A DNA stretch of 64,000 nt from Akkermansia muciniphila (GTDB taxonomy: Bacteria; Verrucomicrobiota; Verrucomicrobiia; Limisphaerales; SIBE01), in contig CAMAWP010000003.1 in the NCBI GenBank assembly GCA_945861765.1, forward strand, positions 7,087 to 71,086, written 5' to 3'. Positions within the stretch are counted from its first letter, which is position 1, and every line of letters starts with the position of its first letter. The notes beneath the pieces were generated by a model. That model was not told the origin of the DNA, searched no databases, and saw nothing but the letters and a program-made list of their open reading frames with translations. Of this stretch, positions 10,509 through 20,456 are shown piece by piece. The position numbers and the translations under genes were made by a program.

Positions 10509-10866
10509 ACGGCGTGCAACCGACTTTGGCATCGAGCAATGAGAGCTTGTTTGAAAACTAAGAGAGGTCTTGCGGTGAGGAGTTTTGGTTTCGGCGGAGG
10601 CGGCGAAGCCGGAGACAACATTTCGCAAAGCGAACGTTCCTCAACGAGAGGGTAAAGATTGTTTGCCGGCCGTTCCTCCGTGGCAAAATTTGCCTGCTCC
10701 TCGCCAAACCCGGTTAGCCGTGCCGCAGGAATGTCGGTTTTGGCTTGGAAAAGGCGTTCTTTACGTCCGGCAATGTATTGGTGTAAAACATGCTTTGCGT
10801 CCCAGGTAGCAGAGTAATGAAGCAAAGCAAATTGAAGCAATACTGAGCATCGATGCAATAGAATTT

Positions 10867-11160
10867 ATGGTCATCAATACAAATTCCACCGGAATGGTAA
10901 GCCCGAACAACCTGAACTCAGGTTCCGCCAACGCCGCCAAGGCAAGTCGCCAAACTGCCGTTCGCTCAGATGACACGGATATTACTGCCCGAAACGCGGA
11001 AGAAATATCCCATGTTGCCGTTCGCGAGATACTGGATTCGCGCGGTGCCGATGCGGCTACTGATTACGCCCGGATTCATATTTTGACAGACTCGAATACC
11101 GCGCTTCTGGTTCAAGCCAATTTGAATCCTCAGCATGTGCTTGATCTCCTTGCGGAGTAA
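10867..11160 (+). CDS. Miniature flagellin-like protein (flagellin N- and C-terminal D0 segments only)
   Basis: Starts MVINTN..NNLN (flagellin N-terminus) and ends ATDYARIHILTDSNTALLVQANLNPQHVLDLL (flagellin C-terminal consensus); only 97 aa. Confidence 0.7.
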   Translation: MVINTNSTGMVSPNNLNSGSANAAKASRQTAVRSDDTDITARNAEEISHVAVREILDSRGADAATDYARIHILTDSNTALLVQANLNPQHVLDLLAE

Positions 11161-11445
11161 CTACTGAGCACCGGCGACGGTGTCGAATGGCCTGCGCAAA
11201 CGATTGGCTCGCGATCCACCCATTTGCTCGGGCGTGGATCACGACAACGCTCAACCCCTTCTATTCAGGCGGTTTTCTAGCTGCCCTTCTCACATCTAGA
11301 CCTGGTTTCTCGATCACCTTCGCTTGAGGAGTGAGGAGCAAGGTTTCTGTTGATGATTGGAGGATGGAGTGACATTCCGGCACCGACGACAACTATTATG
11401 AATACGAGATCTTTTCTTCTCCCGAGATACTGTTAAAGTGTTCCA

Positions 11446-11976
11446 ATGAAATCGGAGACTATTCTAGTGTTGGCATTGGCGACCAGTTGGCTGTTTTTGA
11501 GTGGGTGTTTCCCTCCTTCCAAGACTTCGCCGACGGCCCAAAGCAACGCCGTGGAACAGCCGGTGCAGAAAGAATCAGCTATGACGAATAAAGTAATTAA
11601 ATCGGCCGAAGAGTGGGAGAAATCGCTGACGCCCGAGCAATTCAAGGTCACTCGCAAGAAGGGAACGGAGCGGGCATTCTCGGGAGATTATTGGAACACT
11701 AAAGAAGCGGGCATCTACAGATGTGTCTGCTGTGACAATGAGCTTTTTGGTTCCGAGACAAAGTTTGATTCGGGGACTGGTTGGCCTAGTTTCTGGACGC
11801 CAATCTCCGAAGGGAAAGTTAAATCAGAATCGGATAACACCTTATTCATGAAGCGAACGGAAGTGCTTTGCGAACGCTGCGACGCTCATCTAGGCCACGT
11901 TTTCGAAGATGGCCCCAAACCGACAGGCTTGCGCTACTGCATTAACTCGGCCTCTCTGAAGTTTGTAAAAAAGTAA
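11446..11976 (+). CDS. msrB: Peptide-methionine (R)-S-oxide reductase MsrB with lipoprotein-like signal
   Basis: [12 protein letters not shown] and CERC Zn motifs, [26 protein letters not shown]; N-terminal LSGC lipobox. Confidence 0.95.
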   Translation: MKSETILVLALATSWLFLSGCFPPSKTSPTAQSNAVEQPVQKESAMTNKVIKSAEEWEKSLTPEQFKVTRKKGTERAFSGDYWNTKEAGIYRCVCCDNELFGSETKFDSGTGWPSFWTPISEGKVKSESDNTLFMKRTEVLCERCDAHLGHVFEDGPKPTGLRYCINSASLKFVKK

Positions 11977-12111
11977 GCGCCGAGTCGTTCGCTGGCCTCT
12001 GTTCCGAGAGAACACCGAACGCTGAGATTCAAAGCCACGGGCTCTCAGGTACGCTGAGGATTGAAAAATCGTGGCGGTTGACAATGAGAAACCTTTAACC
12101 ATAATCGCGCC

Positions 12112-12660
12112 ATGAAAATTATTGCGTTGATCTTCGCGCTTTGTGTAAGCCAATGCGCTATTGCTGAGACTATGCCAAACCTTTACGACATCTCCCTGAA
12201 AGACATTAACGGGAAAGACACTTCCTTGAACGCCTACAAAGGCAAAGTTTTGCTCGTGGTCAACGTCGCTTCGCAATGTGGACTGACGCCTCAATACAAA
12301 GCTCTGGAAACGACCCACCAGAAATATAAGTCCAAGGGTTTAGCCGTCGTGGGATTTCCGTGCAACGACTTTGGCCAGCAGGAACCTGGCACAAATGAAG
12401 AAATCAAAACTTTCTGTTCCACTAAGTATAGCGTCACTTTTCCCTTGTTCGACAAGGTTCATGTGAAAGGTGCCAACCAGCACCCGCTATTTGCATCGTT
12501 GACCGGCAAGACTTCACCCTATCCAGGCGACATTCAGTGGAACTTCGGAAAGTTTCTGATTGGCCGAGATGGAAAGATTCTGAAACGGTTTGAGCCCAAG
12601 GTTACTCCCGATTCTCCGGAAGTTATCCAAGCGATTGAAGCTGCCTTAGGGAGTAAGTAA
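12112..12660 (+). CDS. Glutathione peroxidase family protein (Cys type), signal peptide
   Basis: VNVASQCGLTPQY (TGT = Cys), GFPCNDFGQQEPG, WNFGKFLI. Confidence 0.95.
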   Translation: MKIIALIFALCVSQCAIAETMPNLYDISLKDINGKDTSLNAYKGKVLLVVNVASQCGLTPQYKALETTHQKYKSKGLAVVGFPCNDFGQQEPGTNEEIKTFCSTKYSVTFPLFDKVHVKGANQHPLFASLTGKTSPYPGDIQWNFGKFLIGRDGKILKRFEPKVTPDSPEVIQAIEAALGSK

Positions 12661-12721
12661 CTCGAAAGCCTGCAATCGTATTGCGGAAGGATTCGTTGAC
12701 GTTTTGCCGGGAAAAATTCTT

Positions 12722-13024
12722 ATGTCAAAAGTTAAACACATCGCGCTGATTAAATTTAAAGAGGGGACTTCTGAGGAACAGACTGAGAAGTTCTTCGCTG
12801 AAATTATGGACATCTCCGAGTCGATCCCCGGCATCGAAGATTATGTTTCCGGCAAGAACTGCAGCCCGGAAACTTTAAGCAATGGGTTCACCCACGGCCT
12901 CATCATGACGTTCCAAGATGCTGCGGCACGGGACGCGTATCTTCCCCACCCGGATCACGAGAAAGTTAAGGCGCTCATTCTGCCTCACGTCGAGTCTCTT
13001 GTCGTATTTGATTTTGAGGTCTGA
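12722..13024 (+). CDS. Dabb family stress-responsive A/B barrel protein
   Basis: VKHIALIKFK, IPGI, GFTHG..TF...AARDAYLPHPDH, VFDF. Confidence 0.9.
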   Translation: MSKVKHIALIKFKEGTSEEQTEKFFAEIMDISESIPGIEDYVSGKNCSPETLSNGFTHGLIMTFQDAAARDAYLPHPDHEKVKALILPHVESLVVFDFEV

Positions 13025-13500
13025 TGGTCGCCCTGATCCGGTTTCCCCTCCGCTGTCGCCGGATGTTCGGTGCAGATCTCGACTCACTGAGCCAGTCGGC
13101 GTTCCTCGTGTTAACCTGATTAGTTTACAGCGAACCTCTTTCGCTCTCACATCGACACTTCGCGCGCAGCCGCGGGAATCAATTTATGGAGTCCGTGTTT
13201 TAGTCGGTAGGACACGGAGGCGAGGCAGCGCACGCACTCCATCGTAGCCCTCTTTTGCGCGGATCAAGATAGTTTCTCCATCGGAATTCCACGGTTCTAC
13301 CTCGCCGGCGAATCGGCACCGTTTCGAGCTGGCGCGTTTGTTACTCCAAGGCAAGATATTGATTTGTCTCAACGCGATTCACTTTTTCTCGCTGCGTTCA
13401 AAGTTGATCCTTGATCATTCCCGCGTGATCTGGGTCCACCGTCCGAACAGGACAGCAACAACGCGGATCTGGAAAATCGCGTCTGGGACTGTCACCGGTC

Positions 13501-13764
13501 GAATCACTAATGATTGGCTCGACGTTCCGGCGCATCAACGTCGGTCAAATCCACGCCTTCTGGATTTGCGTCCCACCCCTCCCCGAATAAGCCGCCATCG
13601 CCGCATATCTGGACGAGGAGACGGCGAAGCTGGACGCGCTGGTGGGGAAGGTGGAGGAGGCGGTGGAGCGGTTGCAGGAATACCGCACCACCCTCATCAC
13701 CGCCGCCGTCACCGGCAAAATTGACGTGCGCGCCAATTCAAAACCCACTACCCTCACTGCATGA
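13501..13764 (+). pseudogene. hsdS: Remnant of type I R-M specificity subunit HsdS (C-terminal part, nonsense codon)
   Basis: Frame reads MIGSTFRRINVGQIHAFWICVPPLPE*AAIAAYLDEETAKLDALV..LQEYRTTLITAAVTGKIDVR; TAA at 13588-13590 replaces the conserved Q of PPLxEQ. Confidence 0.85.
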
Positions 13765-14876
13765 TAACTCATCTCTGCGCCAACAACTTTCGCTGCCTGG
13801 TGGACTTCAAGGCCGAGTTCGATTCCTTTGGCGTCCTGTGCGGACCAAACGGGTCGGGCAAAAGCTCGATGTTTGATGCCCTGCGCCTAATCCGCAATCT
13901 TGGCACAGGCGATGGCGTCCTTGGTGGAGACCGGGATCATGATGTTTCTAATCTGGAGTTCACCAACTGGCTGAAGAGCGATGTTCAAGAGTTTGAGCTC
14001 GGTGTGACTTCCAACGCACATGCGTTTGAATATGTCATCCACATCCAACAGGCGACGGATTCTGAGAAACCGCGGATTGTGAAGGAGCGGGCGAACTGCG
14101 ACGGCAAGACGCTGTTCGAGCGCGATTTGAAGGGAGTCAGTTTCAAGCGGCCGGATGGAACACAGGCAGGGTTCTTTCCCCTGGACTGGCGTCAAGCAGC
14201 GCTGGCCTCAATCCAGCCAGAAGGCCACCTCAGTGAGTTGGCAAGGCTTCAGGAGGTGATAGCCAAGCTTCTGATCCTCCGTCCCAATCCCCGGGGCATG
14301 GAGCGCGAAAGCAAAGCGGAATCGAAACGGCCAGACCTGTATATGACAGGCCTGACTTCGTGGTATCGCTCACTGTCACAGGATTTGGATTGGACGATCG
14401 CGCTGCGTGACCTCCTGCAAGAAGTCTGGCCGGACTTCAAATCACTGAAATTGGTGGACGTGGGGCTGAACACCAAGGCGCTGCAACTCCTCTTTGGTGG
14501 GACGAACGGGGGCAGTTCGGGGTCGATCTTTTTCGACAAGCTTTCTGACGGCGAAAAGGCCTTAATTGGTCTTTACATGGTGCGGGCGGCGCTGGCTACC
14601 AATGCGGCTCAGACGGTCCTGATTGATGAACCAGACAACTATGTCGGGCTGCCGGAGCTGCAACCGTGGGTGTTGTCATTGCGCGAGCTCTTGGATGACC
14701 AACATCAGGCGATCTTGATTACGCATCATCCGGAAATCCTGAGCAGCGCCGGGCAGGACCACGGCCGTTATCTCTGGCGGGAAAATCACACCTCGCGGAC
14801 TCGCATCGGACCATTGAACGTGCCGGAAGGAATGTCACCCAGCGAAGCGATAGCAAGGGGGTGGGTGCGTGGCTAG
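13761..14876 (+). CDS. ABC/AAA_21-type ATPase (candidate defence ATPase)
   Basis: NNFRCL, Walker A GPNGSGKSS, signature LSDGEK, Walker B LIDEPDN, ITHHPE; ATGA overlap with hsdS stop. Confidence 0.88.
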   Translation: MITHLCANNFRCLVDFKAEFDSFGVLCGPNGSGKSSMFDALRLIRNLGTGDGVLGGDRDHDVSNLEFTNWLKSDVQEFELGVTSNAHAFEYVIHIQQATDSEKPRIVKERANCDGKTLFERDLKGVSFKRPDGTQAGFFPLDWRQAALASIQPEGHLSELARLQEVIAKLLILRPNPRGMERESKAESKRPDLYMTGLTSWYRSLSQDLDWTIALRDLLQEVWPDFKSLKLVDVGLNTKALQLLFGGTNGGSSGSIFFDKLSDGEKALIGLYMVRAALATNAAQTVLIDEPDNYVGLPELQPWVLSLRELLDDQHQAILITHHPEILSSAGQDHGRYLWRENHTSRTRIGPLNVPEGMSPSEAIARGWVRG

Positions 14877-15438
14877 CAAGACCGCAATCGTCTGCCTTCA
14901 TGAAGGGACAAGGGGGCACAGCATTGACCCTGTCTTTATCAACAAGCTCATTCGAACGCTCAAGCCAAGTTGGATTCGTTGGCAAGGCAGCAACATCGTG
15001 AGACTTGATCCTTGCGGCGGGCGCAAAGACCTAATCGGTTTGTTTCCACAAAAGCTGAGAGAAGTAGTGCTTGCCGCAGGAGGCAACACGACACTCATGG
15101 TGTGGGCGGATGTTGATGACGACATGCCCGACTGCGATGCCTTGAAAAATGAGTTTTGGAGGGAAGCGGAAAAGCAGGGCGTCACGCGTGATCAATTCGA
15201 CCAGGTGGTCTTTCTCTTTGCAAAAGATCGGATTGAAAACTGGATTGAGTTTCTCCGGACTGGCGCAACTGACGAATCCAAGGAAGGGCCAAGGATTAAA
15301 CATGGAAGTGAGGCTGCCGAGGCTGCAAGAATACTCGCGGCTCAATGCCAGTCCGGCGCGCCCATAAAGAACATCCCTCCATCGCTTGAGTGGTCGTGCA
15401 AAAACTGGCGGGATTTGAAGAGCCGGATGAATAGCTAG
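14869..15438 (+). CDS. Small TOPRIM-like (DUF4276/RloB-like) partner protein
   Basis: Overlaps ATPase stop; VCLHEG...D, VWADVD and IENW acidic motifs resemble TOPRIM-like partners of ABC ATPases. Confidence 0.6.
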   Translation: MASKTAIVCLHEGTRGHSIDPVFINKLIRTLKPSWIRWQGSNIVRLDPCGGRKDLIGLFPQKLREVVLAAGGNTTLMVWADVDDDMPDCDALKNEFWREAEKQGVTRDQFDQVVFLFAKDRIENWIEFLRTGATDESKEGPRIKHGSEAAEAARILAAQCQSGAPIKNIPPSLEWSCKNWRDLKSRMNS

Positions 15439-15468
15439 GCATTAAGACTGAAGCGCGGAAAACAGCCC

Positions 15469-17190
15469 ATGCCTCAAACCACCGAACGCGCCTTCGAGAC
15501 CTACGTGGTGGAAATCCTCAAGACGCGCGGCGGCTGGAAGTCCGGCAGCATCGCGGAGTGGGACAAGGAGCGGGCGCTGTTTCCGGCGCAGGTGTTCGCT
15601 TTCATCGCGGACACGCAACCAAAGTTGTGGGTCGAGATGCAGGCGCTGCACGCGGCGGGGTTGGAGGCGTTTCTGCTCACCACGCTGGTCAAGGAACTGG
15701 ACGCGAAAGGTTCGCTCCATGTGCTACGGCACGGGTTCAAGTTTTACGGCAAGACGTTTCGCCTCGCCTACTTCAAGCCCGCGCACGGCGCGAATTGGGA
15801 AGTGCTGGAGCAATTCGGCAAGAACCGGCTGACAGTGACGCGCCAAGCGCCGTGTCATCCCGGCGACAATCGCTCGCTGGACATGGTGCTGGCGGTGAAC
15901 GGGTTGCCAGTGTCCACCATCGAGTTGAAGAATCCCGGCACGGGCCAGAACTGGCGACACGCGGTGCGGCAATACAAGGAGGATCGCGACCCGCGCGCGC
16001 CGTTGTTCGATTTCAAAAAGCGGGCGCTGGTGCATTTCGCCGCTGACTCGGAGGATGTTTGGATGACCACTAGGCTCGCTGGCGAGAAGACGTTTTTCCT
16101 GCCGTTCAACCGGGGCAGTCATCCGGGACAGATCATCTGCGGCGCGGGCAATCCGCAGCACGAGTCGGGCTACCGCACGGGTTACTTCTGGGAGGACGTC
16201 CTCCAGTTCGAGGGCTTCCTCGATATTCTCGGCCACTTCATGTTCCTCGAAAAGAAGGATGAAACGGTGGACGACGGTCGCGGCGGGCATCGCGTGGTGA
16301 CGAAGGAGACGATGATTTTCGCGCGCTATCACCAGCTCGACTCGGTTCGGAAATTGGTGGCGACGACGCGCTGTGAAGGGCCGGGTCGGAATTATCTGAT
16401 TCAGCAATCAGCCGGAAGCGGAAAGACGAACACGATCTCGTGGCTCTCGCATCGGCTCGCCAGTCTGCACGACGCGAGGGACGTGAAGGTCTTTGATTGT
16501 GTCGTGGTGATCACCGACCGGCAGTTGCAGGACGCGATTTACCAGATCGAACACGCGCAAGGCGTGGTGAAGGCGATTGATCAGGACTCGAAGCAACTCG
16601 CGGCGGCGCTGATTGACGGCACGAAGATCGTCATTGCCACGTTGCAGAAATTCCCCTTCGGCCTGCGCGGCCTGCTCCATGCCGCCGGCGCGGAAAGTCA
16701 GGAGGAGGCGACCGCTGAGCAGAAGGCCGATGCGGCAAAGTGGGAGGCGGAAATTGCCAAACGTCGGTATGCCGTCATCGTGGATGAAGCGCACTTCAGC
16801 CAAAGCGGCGAGACGGCGCGGGAGTTGAAGGCCATTCTCGGCGCAGCGGCGCAGGCCGAGAACGGCGAGGACGAACCAGATTGGGAAGACCGCTTGAACC
16901 AAGTGATGCAGTCACGCGGGCTTCAGCCGAACTTGAGTTTCTTCGCCTTCACCGCGACCCCAAAAGGCAAAACGCTGGAGTTGTTCGGGCGCAAGGGGGC
17001 AAGCGGGTTGCCCGAAGCGTTTCATCGAAAGCGATCTACGACCCGATTCCGACGGAAGAACACTCTCCCACGCCCGTCGAATAACCTTCGACGCGCCCTG
17101 CCTGCGCACGATGTATGCCGACAAGCCGATGCAAGGCCACGGCAGGGGAAGGAAGAAGGAAGAATCTGGATGACTGCGAACATTGCGTGA
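15469..17190 (+). pseudogene. hsdR: Truncated type I restriction enzyme subunit R
   Basis: [38 protein letters not shown]; homology ends at ..PEAFH (~17026); altered conserved motifs and an apparent short deletion in ITDR[..]QLQ. Confidence 0.88.
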
Positions 17191-17220
17191 GGTAATAATT
17201 TGAACAATCACAAAACTGCC

Positions 17221-20200
17221 ATGAAATTCTTTGATTCAGTAGTGAGGAGAGGTCTTTTGGCTGCGACCGCGCTTTGCTCGAATTTGGTCCACCATCCGGC
17301 CGTCGGAGCGGATGTGGATACCAGCAAGTTGCCTCCAGCTTCCATCCGCAAAGCCGATTTCAATAAAGACATTCAGCCGTTGTTCGCGAACAGTTGCTAT
17401 GAGTGCCACGGGCCTAAAAAACAGGAAGGCAACCTCCGTCTCGATCAAAAGGCAGCCGCCCTTAAAGGTGGCGAATCCGGCCCGGCGATTGTGCCGGGTA
17501 AGAGCGCGGAGAGTTTGCTCATTCATGCGGTCGCGGGGGCGCGAGACGATTTGAAGCGAATGCCAAAAAAAGGCGATCCGCTCACCTCGGATGAAATTGG
17601 CATCCTCCGCGGCTGGATCGACCAAGGTGCCGACTGGCCCGAGACGAGCGTCGATAGGAGGGACTTGAAGCAGCATTGGGCCTTCAAAGCGCCGGTTCGG
17701 CCTGCCGTACCGTCCGCTTCTGGCGAGGCATGGGCACGGAATTCGATTGATAATTTTATCCTGGCCCGTCTGCACAAGGAAGAACTCAAGCCATCTCCTG
17801 AAGCCGATAGGATCGCTCTCCTGCGTCGCTTGAGCCTCGACCTAATCGGGTTGCCGCCGACGATTGCGGAAGTGGATTCATTTCTGGCGAACAAGAGCAA
17901 GGACGCCTATGAGAAACAGGTCGAACGCCTGCTGAACTCCCCGCATTATGGCGAGCGCTGGGGACGTCATTGGCTCGATGCTGCGCGCTACGCTGACTCA
18001 GATGGCTACGAGAAGGATAAGTCCCGTCAGGTTTGGTTTTATCGCGACTGGGTCATTAATGGACTGAATCGCGACCTGCCTTACGACCAATTCATCATCG
18101 AGCAGCTCGCCGGAGATCTGCTACCGAATGCGACGCAAGATCAGATTGCTGCCACCGGTTTCTTGAGGAATTCCATGATCAACGAAGAAGGTGGCGTGGA
18201 CCCCGAGCAATTCCGAATGGACGCCATGTTCGATCGCATGGACGCGGTGGGCAAGAGCGTCCTCGGGCTCACCATTCAGTGCGCTCAATGCCACAACCAC
18301 AAGTATGATCCAACCACTCAGGAGGAGTATTATCGGATTTTTGCCTTCCTGAATAACGACCATGAGACGCAGCGTGTCGTCTATACGCCGGCCGATCAGA
18401 TGCGCGTCGCCGACATCACCCGGCAGATGCGCGACTTGGAGGAAGGCCTGCGTCACGCCCATCCTGATTGGGCTGAACGCATGGCCAAGTGGGAAGAATC
18501 TGTTCAGAGCGACCAGCCCGAATGGATCGTCATTCATCCCACGCAAATTAGCGAAGCTGACACGAGGTTTTATCCGCAAAAGGACGGGTCGCTGCTCGGT
18601 CTTGGCTACGCGCCAACGAAGTTCACGTTTGTCTTCCGAGCCACGAATGACTTGGCAACAATCAATGCGTTCCGACTCGAACTCGTGACTGATCCAAATT
18701 TGCCCTGCAATGGGCCAGGCCGGTCCTTCAAAGGCACCTGTGCTCTCACTGAATTCAAGGTTGAAGCCGCTGGTGTCCAAAACCCAACCAACAAAATATC
18801 AGTGAAGCTCGTCAAGGCCACGGCTGACTACGCGAATGAAGAGCGCGAGCTCGAACCGAACTTCTACGATAAGTCCGACAAGCGGCGTGTCACCGGATCA
18901 GTGAGCTTCGCGATCGACGAGAAGGACGACACGGCTTGGGGGATCGATGCCGGACCGGGTCGTCGAAATCTGGACCGCAAAGCCGTCTTCAACGCAAGCA
19001 CGAACATCGCGTTTCCAGGCGGGACCATTCTGACGGTTTCCCTGAAGAATAACCATGGCGGCTGGAACAGCGATGACCACATGAACAATATGGTCGGTCG
19101 CTTTCGGCTCTCCGTGACGGGTGCGACCAATGCTGTCGCCGATCCGTTGCCAACGGGCGTCCGCCAGCTCCTGGCGATTCCTCGCGAGAAGCGTTCGCCT
19201 GCGCAGGTCGCCGCCATTTTTAATTATTGGCGCGTGGCGATTCCGGAGTTCAAACAAACCAACGACAAGATTGAAGCGCTTTGGAAACAATGGCCGAACG
19301 GCTCAACAACACTCGCGCTGATGGCTCGCGAAGACCCACGCGAGACGCGGATGTTCAAGCGCGGCGATTGGCTGAAGCCTGGCAAAGCGGTGACTGCCGG
19401 TGTGCCTGCCTTTTTGCATCAATTACCAGAGAACTACGAACCCAGCCGACTGACGTTCGCGAAGTGGCTTGTGGACCGAAAATCCCCAACGACTGCGCGG
19501 GTCTTCGTGAACCGCATTTGGCAATCCTATTTCGGCGTTGGCCTTGTGAGCACGTCGGAAGATTTCGGCCTGCAGAGCGAAGCTCCGTCGCACCCGGAAT
19601 TACTCGACTGGCTTGCCTGCGAGTTCATGGACCACGGTTGGAGCCCAAAACATATCCATCGCCTCATCGCCGCGTCCGCGTCGTATAGGCAGTCATCGAA
19701 CGTGACGCCCGAACTTTACGCGAAGGATCAATACAACCGTTTCCTGGCGCGTGGTCCGCGCTTTCGCGTCGATGGCGAAATCGTCCGAGATATCACTCTG
19801 GCGGCGAGTGGACTGTTAACGCCGAAGATAGGTGGCCCTTCCATTTTTGCTCCGGCGCCTGAATATCTTTTTATGCCGCCGGCGAGCTACGCGCCATTCC
19901 CCTGGAAGGAGGAGACCGGACCTGATCGATACCGCCGTGCTCTCTACACGTTTCGCCGCCGTTCGACGCCTTTTCCGATGTTGCAAACGTTCGATGCACC
20001 GAATGGCGACTTCTCGTGCGTCCGCCGCCTTCGTTCCAACACGCCACTTCAAGCACTCATGACACTCAATGAAACTGTCTCGATGGAATGCGCTCAAGGC
20101 TTGGCGTTGCGCGCCATCGAGGAAGGCGGCAAATCCGACGCGGAGCGGATCACGTACGCCTTTCGCCGTGCTCTGAGCCGCCCTCCCTCGGTGGACGAGG

Positions 20201-20397
20201 CTAAAGAGTTGCTCGATCTGCTGACACGGCAGCGCCAGCGTGTCGCTGACGGGTGGGTGAATCCATTCGAGCTCGCAACAGGCAAGAATGAGAAGCCGGC
20301 CAAACTCCCGCCTGGGACGACGCCGACACAACTCGCAGCATACACAGTTGTGTCTCGAGTCATTTTGAACCTGGATGAGACGATCACGAAAGAATAG
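17221..20397 (+). CDS. Planctomycete cytochrome c + DUF1549 + DUF1553 (PSD1) protein
   Basis: CYECHG, YGERWGRHWLDAARYADSDG, CAQCHNHKYDP, PSHPELLDWLA, NTPLQAL, LNLDETITKE. Confidence 0.93.
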   Translation: MKFFDSVVRRGLLAATALCSNLVHHPAVGADVDTSKLPPASIRKADFNKDIQPLFANSCYECHGPKKQEGNLRLDQKAAALKGGESGPAIVPGKSAESLLIHAVAGARDDLKRMPKKGDPLTSDEIGILRGWIDQGADWPETSVDRRDLKQHWAFKAPVRPAVPSASGEAWARNSIDNFILARLHKEELKPSPEADRIALLRRLSLDLIGLPPTIAEVDSFLANKSKDAYEKQVERLLNSPHYGERWGRHWLDAARYADSDGYEKDKSRQVWFYRDWVINGLNRDLPYDQFIIEQLAGDLLPNATQDQIAATGFLRNSMINEEGGVDPEQFRMDAMFDRMDAVGKSVLGLTIQCAQCHNHKYDPTTQEEYYRIFAFLNNDHETQRVVYTPADQMRVADITRQMRDLEEGLRHAHPDWAERMAKWEESVQSDQPEWIVIHPTQISEADTRFYPQKDGSLLGLGYAPTKFTFVFRATNDLATINAFRLELVTDPNLPCNGPGRSFKGTCALTEFKVEAAGVQNPTNKISVKLVKATADYANEERELEPNFYDKSDKRRVTGSVSFAIDEKDDTAWGIDAGPGRRNLDRKAVFNASTNIAFPGGTILTVSLKNNHGGWNSDDHMNNMVGRFRLSVTGATNAVADPLPTGVRQLLAIPREKRSPAQVAAIFNYWRVAIPEFKQTNDKIEALWKQWPNGSTTLALMAREDPRETRMFKRGDWLKPGKAVTAGVPAFLHQLPENYEPSRLTFAKWLVDRKSPTTARVFVNRIWQSYFGVGLVSTSEDFGLQSEAPSHPELLDWLACEFMDHGWSPKHIHRLIAASASYRQSSNVTPELYAKDQYNRFLARGPRFRVDGEIVRDITLAASGLLTPKIGGPSIFAPAPEYLFMPPASYAPFPWKEETGPDRYRRALYTFRRRSTPFPMLQTFDAPNGDFSCVRRLRSNTPLQALMTLNETVSMECAQGLALRAIEEGGKSDAERITYAFRRALSRPPSVDEAKELLDLLTRQRQRVADGWVNPFELATGKNEKPAKLPPGTTPTQLAAYTVVSRVILNLDETITKE

Positions 20398-20456
20398 TCC
20401 GCCCCCCTCGCACTGCCATGAAGCAACTGACGCAGACCAACCGTAGCAAGAGGCGT

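Noticed and set aside
10810-10860. Sigma-28 promoter upstream of the mini-flagellin (TGAAG...ATCGATG; repeated TGAAGCAA)
   Set aside because: Spacing and sequence do not fit TAAA-N15-GCCGATAA
12112-12660. Selenocysteine in Gpx (and in the neighbouring MsrB)
   Set aside because: Active-site codons are Cys; both ORFs are uninterrupted
13030-13500. Short ORFs or pseudogene between Dabb and the hsdS remnant
   Set aside because: No recognisable motif in any frame examined; multiple stops
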